Part shown: positions 18,605-27,509 of the stretch, in pieces | Position numbering within the stretch: position 1 is the first letter of the stretch | Layout: the number at the start of each line of letters is the position of its first letter | Assembly (NCBI GenBank): GCA_040005235.1 | Contig: JBDTZG010000030.1 | Location: forward strand, 1-62,516 | DNA: 62,516 nt | From: Acidobacteriota bacterium | Lineage (GTDB): Bacteria; Acidobacteriota; Thermoanaerobaculia; Multivoradales; UBA5704 | Direction of reading: 5' to 3' | Notes under the pieces: model-generated | The model's input: the letters and a program-made list of their open reading frames with translations, nothing else | Told to the model about the DNA's origin: nothing | The model's database searches: none | Position numbers and translations under genes: made by a program

Positions 18605-19159
18605 CTAGTCCTCGGGTAGGCGGTCCAGCTCGGTGGTCTCGGTCAGCCGATCGAGCTCGCTCGTCTCCGAGAGCCGATCGATTTCGCCGGTCTCGCCGCG
18701 GCGGCGGCGCGAGCCTCCCGTGTGCTGGATGCGTTCGAGCGCGGTCTGGCCGCCGTATTTGGCGACGATCCGGTCGTCGTAGTCGTCGGCGACGTTGGCG
18801 ACCGCGGTGATCGCGCGCAGGAGGTCGCGCGGTTCGAGGTCGCGGCCGAACAGCGTGTGGGAGAAGTAGACGTCGTCGTCGACCAGCGAGAAGTGGCCGA
18901 GCGCCAGGTTGTGGTTGAGCTCCAACAGGCCGAGCAGCAGGTCCTCGGCGGTGTCCACCCCCTGGACGCAGTAGGACATGATCCGCACCACCACCTCGTC
19001 CGAGCCGTAGGGCTCGACGGAGATTTCGAGCACGGTCGTGCCGTAGCGGACGTAGAAGTGCCCCTCTTCGGGGTCGCAATAGGGATCGTCGAAAAACTCC
19101 GATAGATATTCGCGGACCTGACGAAAGGTCTCCTCTTGGATCTCGTGCTTTGCGGCCAT
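18605..19159 (-). CDS. YbjN/T3SS-chaperone-like domain protein
   Basis: FYVRYGTTVLEISV, LLELNHNLALGHFSL, VANVADDYDDRIVAKYGG; C-terminal 3 x ETxE[IL]DRL. Confidence 0.8.
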   Translation of the reverse strand: MAAKHEIQEETFRQVREYLSEFFDDPYCDPEEGHFYVRYGTTVLEISVEPYGSDEVVVRIMSYCVQGVDTAEDLLLGLLELNHNLALGHFSLVDDDVYFSHTLFGRDLEPRDLLRAITAVANVADDYDDRIVAKYGGQTALERIQHTGGSRRRRGETGEIDRLSETSELDRLTETTELDRLPED

Positions 19160-19160
19160 A

Positions 19161-19186
19161 AGACTCCCCTCTCTGGAGGGGAGTCT
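19161..19186 (-). promoter_or_regulatory. 11-bp hairpin occluding the Shine-Dalgarno of the YbjN-like gene
   Basis: mRNA AGACUCCCCUC-CAGA-GAGGGGAGUCU-U-AUG. Confidence 0.5.
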
Positions 19187-19383
19187 ACCTGCGAGGGCGC
19201 CCGGCTGCGAGGGGTTGATGAGGTGCCCAGAAACGCCGTTGACACCTCTAGGACCGTGGGCTAACGTTGCGGCATAGCTCTGCCCAGGCGCGCACAAATC
19301 TTTGAACGAACAGGTCTTGTTTCGATTGAACGATTGAAGGATCTACCATTCAAGCTCAAACACCGGCAGCTTCTGCCAGGAGG

Positions 19384-20694
19384 ATGACAGGCATGCGCAG
19401 GCGAGGAATCTCTATCTACGGCGTCGCCGTGGGGGCTTTGGCCCTCTTGGCGGTGGCCGTCCCGACGTACGCGGCGGGATTCGGCATTTTCGAGCAGGGC
19501 AGCAAGGCGATGGGTATGGCGGGTGCGTTTACCGCCCAAGCGGATGACGGATCGGCCATGTTCCACAACGCGGGCGGCTTGGCGTTCCTCACCGAGCGCG
19601 AAATCTCCGGCGGCTTGGTCCTCTTCCACACCACCAAGGCCGAGTTCGACGGCGCGTCGCCGTTTCCGGGACCGAATTCGCACGCGAAACAAAAGACGCT
19701 GTCCCAGCTTCTGCCGCACGCCTATTACGTGCAGCCGATCAACCAGACCTGGAAGTTTGGAGTCGGTTTGGAAGCGCCGTTCGGCCTGACCACGGAGTGG
19801 AATCCGAACACCTTCTCCGGCCGCTACATCAGCACCAAGGCGGCGGTTCGGGCGGTCGACCTCAATCCGACGATCGCCTGGCAGGTCAACCCGAGCTTCG
19901 GCATCGGCTTCGGCGCGATCGCGCGCTTCTCGGACATCGTGCTCGAGCGCCGCGCTCCGGCGGTCAATCCGTTCACGCAGCAGGTGGTGGACGTTGCAGG
20001 GGTCAAGCTCGAATCCGATCTGGAAAATGGCTACGGCTGGAACGTCGGCATCCTGAACAAGGTCAACAACAGCTTCTCGTGGGGCCTCTCCTACCGCAGC
20101 AAGGTGAAGGTCGATTACAAGGGCGACGGCCGCTTGACCCAGATCTCGACCGGCAACCCGCAGCTCGACGCGGTGCTGCGCACCCGTCTGCCGTACGACC
20201 GCGATCTGCCGATCGCGACCTCGATCGAATATCCGGACATGGCGAGCCTGGGCTTTGCGTTCTCGCTTAGCCCAAGCCTGCTGCTCGAAACCGACGTCAA
20301 CTGGACCGGTTGGAGCTCGTTCGACAAGACGACGATCAAGTTCACCAACAACGACCTGCCCAGCTCGACGATCCGTTCGGAGTGGAAGGACGTCGAGAAC
20401 TACCGCGCCGGCCTGCGCTGGACCACCAGCGCCACCACCGAGTGGCGTTTCGGCTACGTCTACGACGAGTCTCCGCAGCCGGAAGAGGCGGTGACCCCGC
20501 TGCTGCCGGACGCGGATCGCAACGGCGTCACCATCGGCTATGGGCACAAGGGCAACTCGTGCAAGGCCGATTTCGCCCTCATGTACCTCGATTTCAAAGA
20601 CCGCACCCGGAAGAAGACCTTCTCCGGCGAGAGCCCGTTCCTCGGCACCTACCAGACCAAGGCGCTGCTCGTCAGCGCGACCATCAGCTTCTAG
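19384..20694 (+). CDS. OmpP1/FadL family outer-membrane transporter
   Basis: AGFGIFEQGSKAMGMAGA..ADDGSAMFHNAGGL plug; PFGL; LPDADR; terminal Phe. Confidence 0.92.
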   Translation: MTGMRRRGISIYGVAVGALALLAVAVPTYAAGFGIFEQGSKAMGMAGAFTAQADDGSAMFHNAGGLAFLTEREISGGLVLFHTTKAEFDGASPFPGPNSHAKQKTLSQLLPHAYYVQPINQTWKFGVGLEAPFGLTTEWNPNTFSGRYISTKAAVRAVDLNPTIAWQVNPSFGIGFGAIARFSDIVLERRAPAVNPFTQQVVDVAGVKLESDLENGYGWNVGILNKVNNSFSWGLSYRSKVKVDYKGDGRLTQISTGNPQLDAVLRTRLPYDRDLPIATSIEYPDMASLGFAFSLSPSLLLETDVNWTGWSSFDKTTIKFTNNDLPSSTIRSEWKDVENYRAGLRWTTSATTEWRFGYVYDESPQPEEAVTPLLPDADRNGVTIGYGHKGNSCKADFALMYLDFKDRTRKKTFSGESPFLGTYQTKALLVSATISF

Positions 20695-20706
20695 AGCTCG
20701 GAGAAC

Positions 20707-22116
20707 ATGGCAATGCGTAGGTATTCGATCGTCCTTCTTTCGTTGCTCGCCCTGGCGCTGCCCGCGCTCGGGCAAGCCGACTTCACCCGTTACGTCTCGC
20801 TCGGCGACAGCTTGACCGCCGGCTACCAGAGCGGCGGCCTCGCCGGCTCCATCTCGCGCAACAGCTATCCCGCCTTGATCAGCCGGCAGGCGCGGCCCGG
20901 TGCCGCGTTCGACCAGCCGCTGATCAGCTCCCCGGGGATTCCGGCGGTGCTCGAGCTGCGCAGCCTCGTCGGCCCGACCATCGTGCCGAAGACCGGCGGA
21001 CCGGCCACGTTGACGAACCCCATCGGCACCCGGCCGTACAACAACCTGGGCGTCCCGGGCGCGAACGTCCGCGACACCGTGGCGACGGTGACCGGCGGCC
21101 TGCACGACGTGGTGCTGCAGTCGTTCAGCCCTTTGCTGCGCGGCAAGAGTGCGCTCGCCCAGGCGGTTCTGCAGAACCCGACGTTCGTGACCATCTGGAT
21201 CGGCAACAACGACGTCCTCGGGGCCGCGACCTCAGGTGTGGTGATCGAGGGCGTGACGATCACCCCGGTGGCCCGCTTCGAGGCCGATCTGCGCGCCATC
21301 GCTTCGGCGATCGCCGCGACCGGCGCGAAGATGGCGTTCGGCAACATTCCGGACGTCACCACCATTCCGTTCGTCACCACGGTGCCGCGATTCGTCGTCA
21401 ATCCCGCCACCAGCCAGCCGGTCCTGATCGGTGGCCAGCCGGTTCCCCTGATCGGCCCCAACGGTCCGCTCGTAGCCGGCGACCGGGTGCTGCTGACCGC
21501 GACCACCGAGCTGCGCGCCGGCAAGGGAATTCCCACCGCCCTCGGCGGAACCGGCCTGCCCTTGTCCAACACCTCGGTGCTCAACGTGGCCGAGATCGCG
21601 ACGATTTCGGCGCGCGTGGCCGCGTACAACAACGTCATCGCGACGGTGGCCAACGAGCGTGGCGCGGCGCTGGTCGACGTGAACGGGGTCCTCTCCCGCG
21701 CGGCGATCTCGGGCATTCCGATCGGTGGCGTCACGTACACCCCGGCGTTCCTCACCGGCGGCATCTTCTCCTACGACGGCGTACACCCGACCTCGTTCGG
21801 CTACGCCTACATCGCGAACGTCTGGATCCAGGCGATCAACGCCAAGTTCGGCAGCACGATTCCGCTGGTCGATCTTGGTCCGTTCGTCTTCGGCGGCGCT
21901 TCGGAGGCGGTCGGCGGGGTGCTCGTGGGCGATTCGGAAGCGGCCCCGGCTCCGGGCGTGCTCGTGGGCGACGACACCGAAGGCGCGGCCTATTTCTCTA
22001 TTCTGTTCAGCGACGAGGCGAAGCACAGCCTGTTCTCCAGCTTGAACATCCCGGAGAACCCGCAGCCCCCGCCCTCGGGTGGCCGCGGCGGTCGCGGCGG
22101 ACACCGTCGGCATTAG
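20707..22116 (+). CDS. Secreted SGNH/GDSL hydrolase
   Basis: GDSLTAG, NLGVPG, WIGNNDVL, DGVHP. Confidence 0.9.
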   Translation: MAMRRYSIVLLSLLALALPALGQADFTRYVSLGDSLTAGYQSGGLAGSISRNSYPALISRQARPGAAFDQPLISSPGIPAVLELRSLVGPTIVPKTGGPATLTNPIGTRPYNNLGVPGANVRDTVATVTGGLHDVVLQSFSPLLRGKSALAQAVLQNPTFVTIWIGNNDVLGAATSGVVIEGVTITPVARFEADLRAIASAIAATGAKMAFGNIPDVTTIPFVTTVPRFVVNPATSQPVLIGGQPVPLIGPNGPLVAGDRVLLTATTELRAGKGIPTALGGTGLPLSNTSVLNVAEIATISARVAAYNNVIATVANERGAALVDVNGVLSRAAISGIPIGGVTYTPAFLTGGIFSYDGVHPTSFGYAYIANVWIQAINAKFGSTIPLVDLGPFVFGGASEAVGGVLVGDSEAAPAPGVLVGDDTEGAAYFSILFSDEAKHSLFSSLNIPENPQPPPSGGRGGRGGHRRH

Positions 22117-22139
22117 ATCGAACGGCAGGTGGTAGAACG

Positions 22140-22169
22140 AAAAGGGGCGGAGCGATCCGCCCCTTTTTT
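22140..22169. terminator. Bidirectional rho-independent terminator
   Basis: AAAAGGGGCGGA-GCGA-TCCGCCCCTTTTTT between convergent genes. Confidence 0.85.
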
Positions 22170-22274
22170 GGTGGGAGGAGAGCGTCGGCGAGGTTACCTG
22201 AGGACGGGGCGAAACTGTTTGAGCCCGCAGGGCGAGTTTTGAGCCCCGCCCGCAAGGCAACCCCGCCGACGCTC

Positions 22275-23465
22275 TTAGTAGTCGATGTACCCGTCGCGGG
22301 TGCGGACGCGGACGCCGGAGGCCTTCACCCGCACGTCCACCTTGTGCCAGCGGCCGTCGTTCTTGTTCGAGGTCGAGTAATAGGAGAGCGCGTACTGTTC
22401 GCGCAGCTCTTGAAGGATGCCGGCGAAGGCGGTCGTCAGGTCTTCGTTCTTGGCGATCCGCACGATCCGGCCGCCGCTTTCGTCGACCGCTTTTTCCAGC
22501 TGATTGAACTCGCGGTCGTTCGACTGCCAGTTGCGCCAGGCGGAGGTGAAGGACTTGTGCTTGCCGCCGTCGTCGAGGGCGATCCAGTAGATCAGCGCCT
22601 GGCTCACCCGCGCCTCGCGCAGGACTTCCGACATCGGCAGCACGCTGTGAATGTCGGCGCCGTCGGAGAGCAGAACCACGACCCGGCGGCCCTGGTGCGA
22701 CTCCAACAGCTTGAGCCCGGCGAAAAGATAATCGTTGACCGCCGAGCCCCCGGCCGCGTCGACTTTGGTGAGCACCTGGTTCAGGGCGGCGTGGTCGCTG
22801 GTGATCGGAGTGCTCGCCATCAGGCGATCCGAAAACAGCAGCACGCTCGCCTGGTCTTCTGGGCGCATACCGGCGACGAAGGCGCGCGCGCCTTTCAATG
22901 CCTCGTCGATCCTTTCGCCGCGCATGCTCTCGCTGCTGTCGAGCAGAAGGATCGCCGAAAGCGGCAGCTCGCCGCGGTCGAAGGCGACCAACTCCTGCTC
23001 CTGGCCGTTGTCGAACACCCGGAAATCGGTCGGATTCAAGTTCAACACCCGTTGCCGGTCGCGCAGGACCGTGGCGTAGAGCTGCTGCAGCTCCAGATCC
23101 AGGCGCTCGTCGATCTGCACCGCCGCGGTGGTCATCGCGTCCGAGGCGCTCGAACCGGTGGCGCCGTAGGCGACGACGCGAAACTCGCGGACGACGTTCT
23201 GGTCTCCGGCGTTCCAGGTCAATTTGTAGGGCGGTGCGGTGACCGAACCGACCGACTTGCCGCCGACGAAGAATTCCACCCGGGCGACGGCCTCGTTGCC
23301 GGCGACCTGCGCCGCCAGCTCGGTCGATCCGAACACCGGTTGGCCCGGCTCCGGGCTGGTGATCCTGACCTGAATGGTCGCGTGAAGGGCGGTGGCGCTG
23401 AGACCGCCCCATCCGAACAGCCCGAACAGGCCAAGCAGGAGGACTAGTGCGGGACGACGGCTCAT
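22275..23465 (-). CDS. Secreted Ig-like + VWA domain protein (paralog of 256..1437)
   Basis: RVEFFVGGK..PY; DSSES; LLSDG; ELREQYALSY. Confidence 0.88.
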   Translation of the reverse strand: MSRRPALVLLLGLFGLFGWGGLSATALHATIQVRITSPEPGQPVFGSTELAAQVAGNEAVARVEFFVGGKSVGSVTAPPYKLTWNAGDQNVVREFRVVAYGATGSSASDAMTTAAVQIDERLDLELQQLYATVLRDRQRVLNLNPTDFRVFDNGQEQELVAFDRGELPLSAILLLDSSESMRGERIDEALKGARAFVAGMRPEDQASVLLFSDRLMASTPITSDHAALNQVLTKVDAAGGSAVNDYLFAGLKLLESHQGRRVVVLLSDGADIHSVLPMSEVLREARVSQALIYWIALDDGGKHKSFTSAWRNWQSNDREFNQLEKAVDESGGRIVRIAKNEDLTTAFAGILQELREQYALSYYSTSNKNDGRWHKVDVRVKASGVRVRTRDGYIDY

Positions 23466-24583
23466 CGTGCGACTCCATCGGCGGGAGCGGTCGTGACGCC
23501 GGACGAGAGCGAGGTGGCGAGCAGCGCCAGACGCCTTTTCCCGGCCGGCTCGACCACCCGATCCGCATCGTCGAACAGCTCTTGGGAGAAGCGGTTGTAG
23601 CGGTAGCGCGAATCGTCGCTCGCGTCGGATCCGATTTCGGCGATTCCGTCGAGCACAGTGCGCGCCTCTTGCTGCGCACCCTTGGCGTCCAGCGCCGAGG
23701 CCAGCTGAAGAGTCAGCCGGACAGAGCCCGGGTAGTGGACGAGGGCTGCGCGGAGCACCTTTTCGGCACGTTCAGGATGGCGTGCCTCCTGGTGGATGCG
23801 GGCGAGCTCTTGCGCGGCGAGCATTCCGATCCAGGGCACCGGCGGCGTCTGGGCGAGCGGGGTGAGCAGCTCAATCGCCCGGTCGGTCTTTTCGAGACGC
23901 GCGAGGCAGAGGGCGAGCCGCAGGGTGGACTCCGGGTATTTCGCCGGGCTCGCCGCATCGGCCGCGCGCATCTTTTCGAGCGCGGCCACCGCGTCGACGT
24001 AGTTGCCGCTCTTTTCGAACACCGTGGCGAGCCCGAGCAGCGGCACGCCGTTGGTCGGATCGGCCTCCGAGGCGAGCTCGAACAGTTTGGCGGCCTGGAA
24101 CGAATCGGTCGAAACGCTCGCCAGCCGGGCGATCAAACGGCTCGCGAGAGCCGACGCCTCGGGCGTCCCGACGTGTTTCTTGTAGAGCAGAGCCAGGTCG
24201 AGGGCCAGAGTCCGGTCGTGGGTCGCGACCTGCGCCGCGCCGATACCGCCGTGGTTCGTGTAGTGACGGTAGGCTTCCTGGTGGAGGATCGAGAGCGGTA
24301 CCAGGACTTCGAGGTCGAGTCCCGCGGCCTCGGAGATCACGTGCTGCTCGGCCTTGTGCAGGCTCTCCCGGGTTTGAGGATCGGTGTCCGAGATGATCGA
24401 CGACTCGAACTTGACCAGCTCGGGGACGGCGCGGGGATCACCCTGTGCCCACAAGCCGAGGACCGCGCGGTAACCCCCTTCGAGCAGGGCGGGATCGAGA
24501 TCGGCGGCGCGGGCCGAGGGCTGAAAAAACGTAAAAAGAGCGAGCAGCGGCACCCAAGATGTGCGCGAGCGGTTAACGACCAT
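23462..24583 (-). CDS. Secreted TPR protein (paralog of the C-terminal half of 1434..3251)
   Basis: Signal MVVNRSRTSWVPLLALFTFFQPSARA; LAAQELARI versus LAAQELARL; RYRYN versus RLRYD. Confidence 0.8.
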   Translation of the reverse strand: MVVNRSRTSWVPLLALFTFFQPSARAADLDPALLEGGYRAVLGLWAQGDPRAVPELVKFESSIISDTDPQTRESLHKAEQHVISEAAGLDLEVLVPLSILHQEAYRHYTNHGGIGAAQVATHDRTLALDLALLYKKHVGTPEASALASRLIARLASVSTDSFQAAKLFELASEADPTNGVPLLGLATVFEKSGNYVDAVAALEKMRAADAASPAKYPESTLRLALCLARLEKTDRAIELLTPLAQTPPVPWIGMLAAQELARIHQEARHPERAEKVLRAALVHYPGSVRLTLQLASALDAKGAQQEARTVLDGIAEIGSDASDDSRYRYNRFSQELFDDADRVVEPAGKRRLALLATSLSSGVTTAPADGVAR

Positions 24584-24740
24584 GATGGATTTCCCCCGTT
24601 GCAAGACGGGGAGAGAATCTCCCAAACCGGGGCCGATCGCAACCGTATGGGGACCGGCACGGCATTCGCTGCCGCCAAACCGCAACCCCGAGGGATGGTT
24701 CGCCGGAGAGCTTCGAGGAGAAGCGCGAGAGGTGTTGGGA

Positions 24741-24782
24741 GGTCGTCGGCCGGAGCTCGTGTATCCGCTCCGGCCGACGACC
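24741..24782. terminator. 16-bp perfect stem-loop downstream of the TPR gene
   Basis: GGTCGTCGGCCGGAGC-N10-GCTCCGGCCGACGACC; no U tract. Confidence 0.45.
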
Positions 24783-24795
24783 CCGCCGTAAACTT

Positions 24796-26103
24796 CTAGA
24801 TCGTTAGGCTTTCCTGGCGCTTCAACCGGCCCGAAACCCGGCGGAGCAGCCGGGCCAACTCGGTCGTCGCCCGCTCGTGGTCGATCGCACGGCGCAGGAC
24901 CAACAGGGCGGCCACCGCCTCGCGACGGATGCCGAGCGCCCGGAACGTCTCGAGGATCTCTTCGACGCTTTCGAGAATTTCGGCCGTGCGGCCCTGCTGG
25001 AGCCAGAGCATCGCGAGATCGAGAGAGACGACGGCCGCCTCGATTGGCAGGCCGCGGCTTTCGAACTCGTCGTGGACTTCCCAGAGGCCCAGCTCGGCGG
25101 CTTCGAGATCGCCGCGTCCGGCTTCGATGCGTCCTTCGAGCCAACGCAACTTCAGCTGGTCGATCGCCGAGCCGCGCTGATCGTAAAGGGAGCGGCTCGC
25201 GCCGATCCAGCGGGCGGCCTGCTCATACGCTCCTGCCTCGACCGCGCCGATCACCAGGTTATGGACGGCGGACAGGGCGAGTGCCGGCTCGCGGCTCGGA
25301 TCGATCTGTCCCAGGCCATGGGCGATGTAGCGGCACGCCTCTTCGAATTCGTTCTCATAGAGCAGCGCGATGCCGCGCTTGATCAGCGCGCGCCCGGCGA
25401 GGTGGCGCTCACCGGCAGCCCGATGCAGCTCGAAGATCCCTTCGAGCAGGCGGCAGGCTTCGCGGAAGCGCCGCTGCGAGATGCGCAGCGAGGCGGTCAG
25501 GTCGAAGATGCGGGCGAACAGCTGCCGGTCGCCGGTGCCGCGCTCGGCGCGCAACAGCGCCTCGGCGAACGCGCTCTCCGATCCGGGCACGTCGGCCGCG
25601 ATGCGCAGGGCGTTGCCCAGCTCCGACCAGGCGCGCGCCTGGAAGTCGGCGCGCTCGGCGGTGCTGCCGTCTTCCGGGCCGAGCGAATCGGCGAGCTGCG
25701 CCGCGAGCCGGGCGAGCGTGACCATGCCGGCCGGGTCGCTGGTGCGCAATGCCCAGCTTTCGACCAGCAGTGTCGCGCAACGTTCGCGCCCTGCGGCGAG
25801 CGGCGAGGAGAGCCGCGCCTGCTCGGCCAGCTCGATTTCGCGGCTGCGTTCCGCGATTTCGCGCCGGGCGGAGGCGACGGCGCGGTCGATCGGCGGATCG
25901 TAGGCCGACAGGTCGAACGTCGGCTGTTCACGCAACGGGTGAAAGACCGAACGGACCATCGGCGCCAGCAGCTCCGCGCAATGCGCGCAGCCCCGGAGCA
26001 GGTGGGCGATGATCGGCTTGCCCTCTCGCGGAGTGAGCTCGGCGCGAAGAAATGCCCACAGCCGTTCAGGCTCCGGGTGCGATGAAGTTTGATCGAGGTT
26101 CAT
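24796..26103 (-). CDS. Zinc-finger (anti-sigma-like) + TPR protein, paralog of 15823 (putative peptide receptor)
   Basis: HPEPERLWAF..HLLRGCAHC; AWSELGNALR; LRWLEGRI; FRALGIRREA. Confidence 0.85.
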   Translation of the reverse strand: MNLDQTSSHPEPERLWAFLRAELTPREGKPIIAHLLRGCAHCAELLAPMVRSVFHPLREQPTFDLSAYDPPIDRAVASARREIAERSREIELAEQARLSSPLAAGRERCATLLVESWALRTSDPAGMVTLARLAAQLADSLGPEDGSTAERADFQARAWSELGNALRIAADVPGSESAFAEALLRAERGTGDRQLFARIFDLTASLRISQRRFREACRLLEGIFELHRAAGERHLAGRALIKRGIALLYENEFEEACRYIAHGLGQIDPSREPALALSAVHNLVIGAVEAGAYEQAARWIGASRSLYDQRGSAIDQLKLRWLEGRIEAGRGDLEAAELGLWEVHDEFESRGLPIEAAVVSLDLAMLWLQQGRTAEILESVEEILETFRALGIRREAVAALLVLRRAIDHERATTELARLLRRVSGRLKRQESLTI

Positions 26104-26186
26104 CGGAATCGCTCCAATTATGTCGGCTGCCAGCGATTGAAGGATCTCACGAAAGTCCCGTTCGAGTCACCAGGTCAAAGGGCGGC

Positions 26187-26483
26187 TCAATGAACGGTCG
26201 TATTCGTCGAGTTGGCCGCGCCGGAAGCGTGAGAGGGATCGGCCGGGACGCCATCCGGATCGATGGCTATGCCGTACTCTCCCCAAATTGCCGTTGCCGT
26301 CGAATGGCCCACCTGCAAAAACGAGTCCAGCCAGCTGGAAATCGCGTCGGAAAATGCCGAGATCGCCGAAGAATCGGCAAATTCGGGCCGACCTCCCAAC
26401 GAGGCCGCCCACGACGGAGCCGAACCAAGGAACAACAACATCATCATCGCGAGAACCAGGGATCCCTTCGACTTGCTCGACAT
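26187..26483 (-). CDS. Secreted pro-peptide, 98 aa, single WGEYGIAIDPDG core
   Basis: GGAGGAG RBS; signal MSSKSKGSLVLAMMMLLFLGSAPSWA; motif encoded at 26250-26285. Confidence 0.8.
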   Translation of the reverse strand: MSSKSKGSLVLAMMMLLFLGSAPSWAASLGGRPEFADSSAISAFSDAISSWLDSFLQVGHSTATAIWGEYGIAIDPDGVPADPSHASGAANSTNTTVH

Positions 26484-26662
26484 CGCGTAACTCCTCCCGC
26501 GAACCGGCCGGTGAAGACCCCCGACGCCCCGCGGAAAAATTCTTCGTTCAAGAGATGGGGTGCGCCTGCAAGCGATTCCGTGACAAGCAAATCGACGCAA
26601 CTTCAAGCGCTTAGGGAGACAGGGCAGAACTCCCCGAAGCAGGGAATTTTGTCCTGCCCCAT

Positions 26663-27331
26663 TCAGGTCGTTTTGGTCGCCATCGGGTGGCGGACGTCGC
26701 GCCCCTCGACGAAGTAGACGACGTCTTCGCCGATGTTGGTCGCGTGATCGGCGATCCGCTCCAGGTTGCGCGCGATGAGCAGCAGGTGGAGCGCCCGGCT
26801 GACCGTCTTCGGGTCCTCGATCATGAAGGTCAGCAGCTCGCGGAAGATCTGCTTGTAGAGGGCGTCAACCTCGTCGTCGCGCCGGCAGACCGCCTGGGCC
26901 AGCACGGCGTCCCGGCGCACCAGGGCGTCCAGGCTCTCGCGGACCATTTCTTGGACGAGGCGAGACAGGTGGGGCAGGTCGATGTACGGCTTGAGCGGCG
27001 GCTGGTCGACCAGCTGCTCGACCGACTGGGCGATATTGACCGCCGAGTCGCCGATCCGTTCGAGGTCGCTGTTGATCTTCATCACCGCGACCAGGAAACG
27101 CAGATCCACCGCGATCGGCTGTCGCAGACTCAAGACGGCGTGACACAGCTCGTCGATCTCGATCTCCATCAGATCGACCTCCTGGTCGCTCGCGATCACC
27201 TGGCGACAGAGCTCGCGATCGCGTTCGAGCAGTGCCCGGGTTGCCCGCGCCACCATCTCCTCGACCATGCCTCCCATGCGCAGCAGGCTCTGGCGAATCC
27301 GGTCGAGATCTTGATCCAATCGGCGTTCCAT
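26663..27331 (-). CDS. phoU: Phosphate signalling protein PhoU
   Basis: QPIAVDLR, DLERIGD, NLERIADHATNIGE. Confidence 0.95.
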   Translation of the reverse strand: MERRLDQDLDRIRQSLLRMGGMVEEMVARATRALLERDRELCRQVIASDQEVDLMEIEIDELCHAVLSLRQPIAVDLRFLVAVMKINSDLERIGDSAVNIAQSVEQLVDQPPLKPYIDLPHLSRLVQEMVRESLDALVRRDAVLAQAVCRRDDEVDALYKQIFRELLTFMIEDPKTVSRALHLLLIARNLERIADHATNIGEDVVYFVEGRDVRHPMATKTT

Positions 27332-27410
27332 CACGTCTCCCGGGCTTCCAAACATGCCCAAACGAACGCTTATGGTACCTCTGGTTCGAACCCGGGAGAG
27401 CCGCCGGGGG

Positions 27411-27439
27411 GTGAATCTCGCGTGAATCCCGTGTGACAG
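27411..27439 (-). promoter_or_regulatory. Pho box upstream of phoU
   Basis: CTGTCAC-ACGG-GATTCAC-GCGA-GATTCAC, exact 11-bp period. Confidence 0.75.
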
Positions 27440-27509
27440 CCCAAGCGATGCGGCGGCGAGTTTTTCCTCGGATCGCCGGGCTCCAGCCCGTTCTTTACCG
27501 AGCCGATCC

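Noticed and set aside
18195-18619. Plus-strand ORFs of 137 and 138 aa over the repeat
   Set aside because: Open frames arise from the stop-poor repeat; no convincing RBS or protein-family signal
24584-25144. Long N-terminal extension of the 23462 TPR ORF
   Set aside because: It overlaps the 24796 gene and a hairpin; signal peptide and RBS fit ATG 24583
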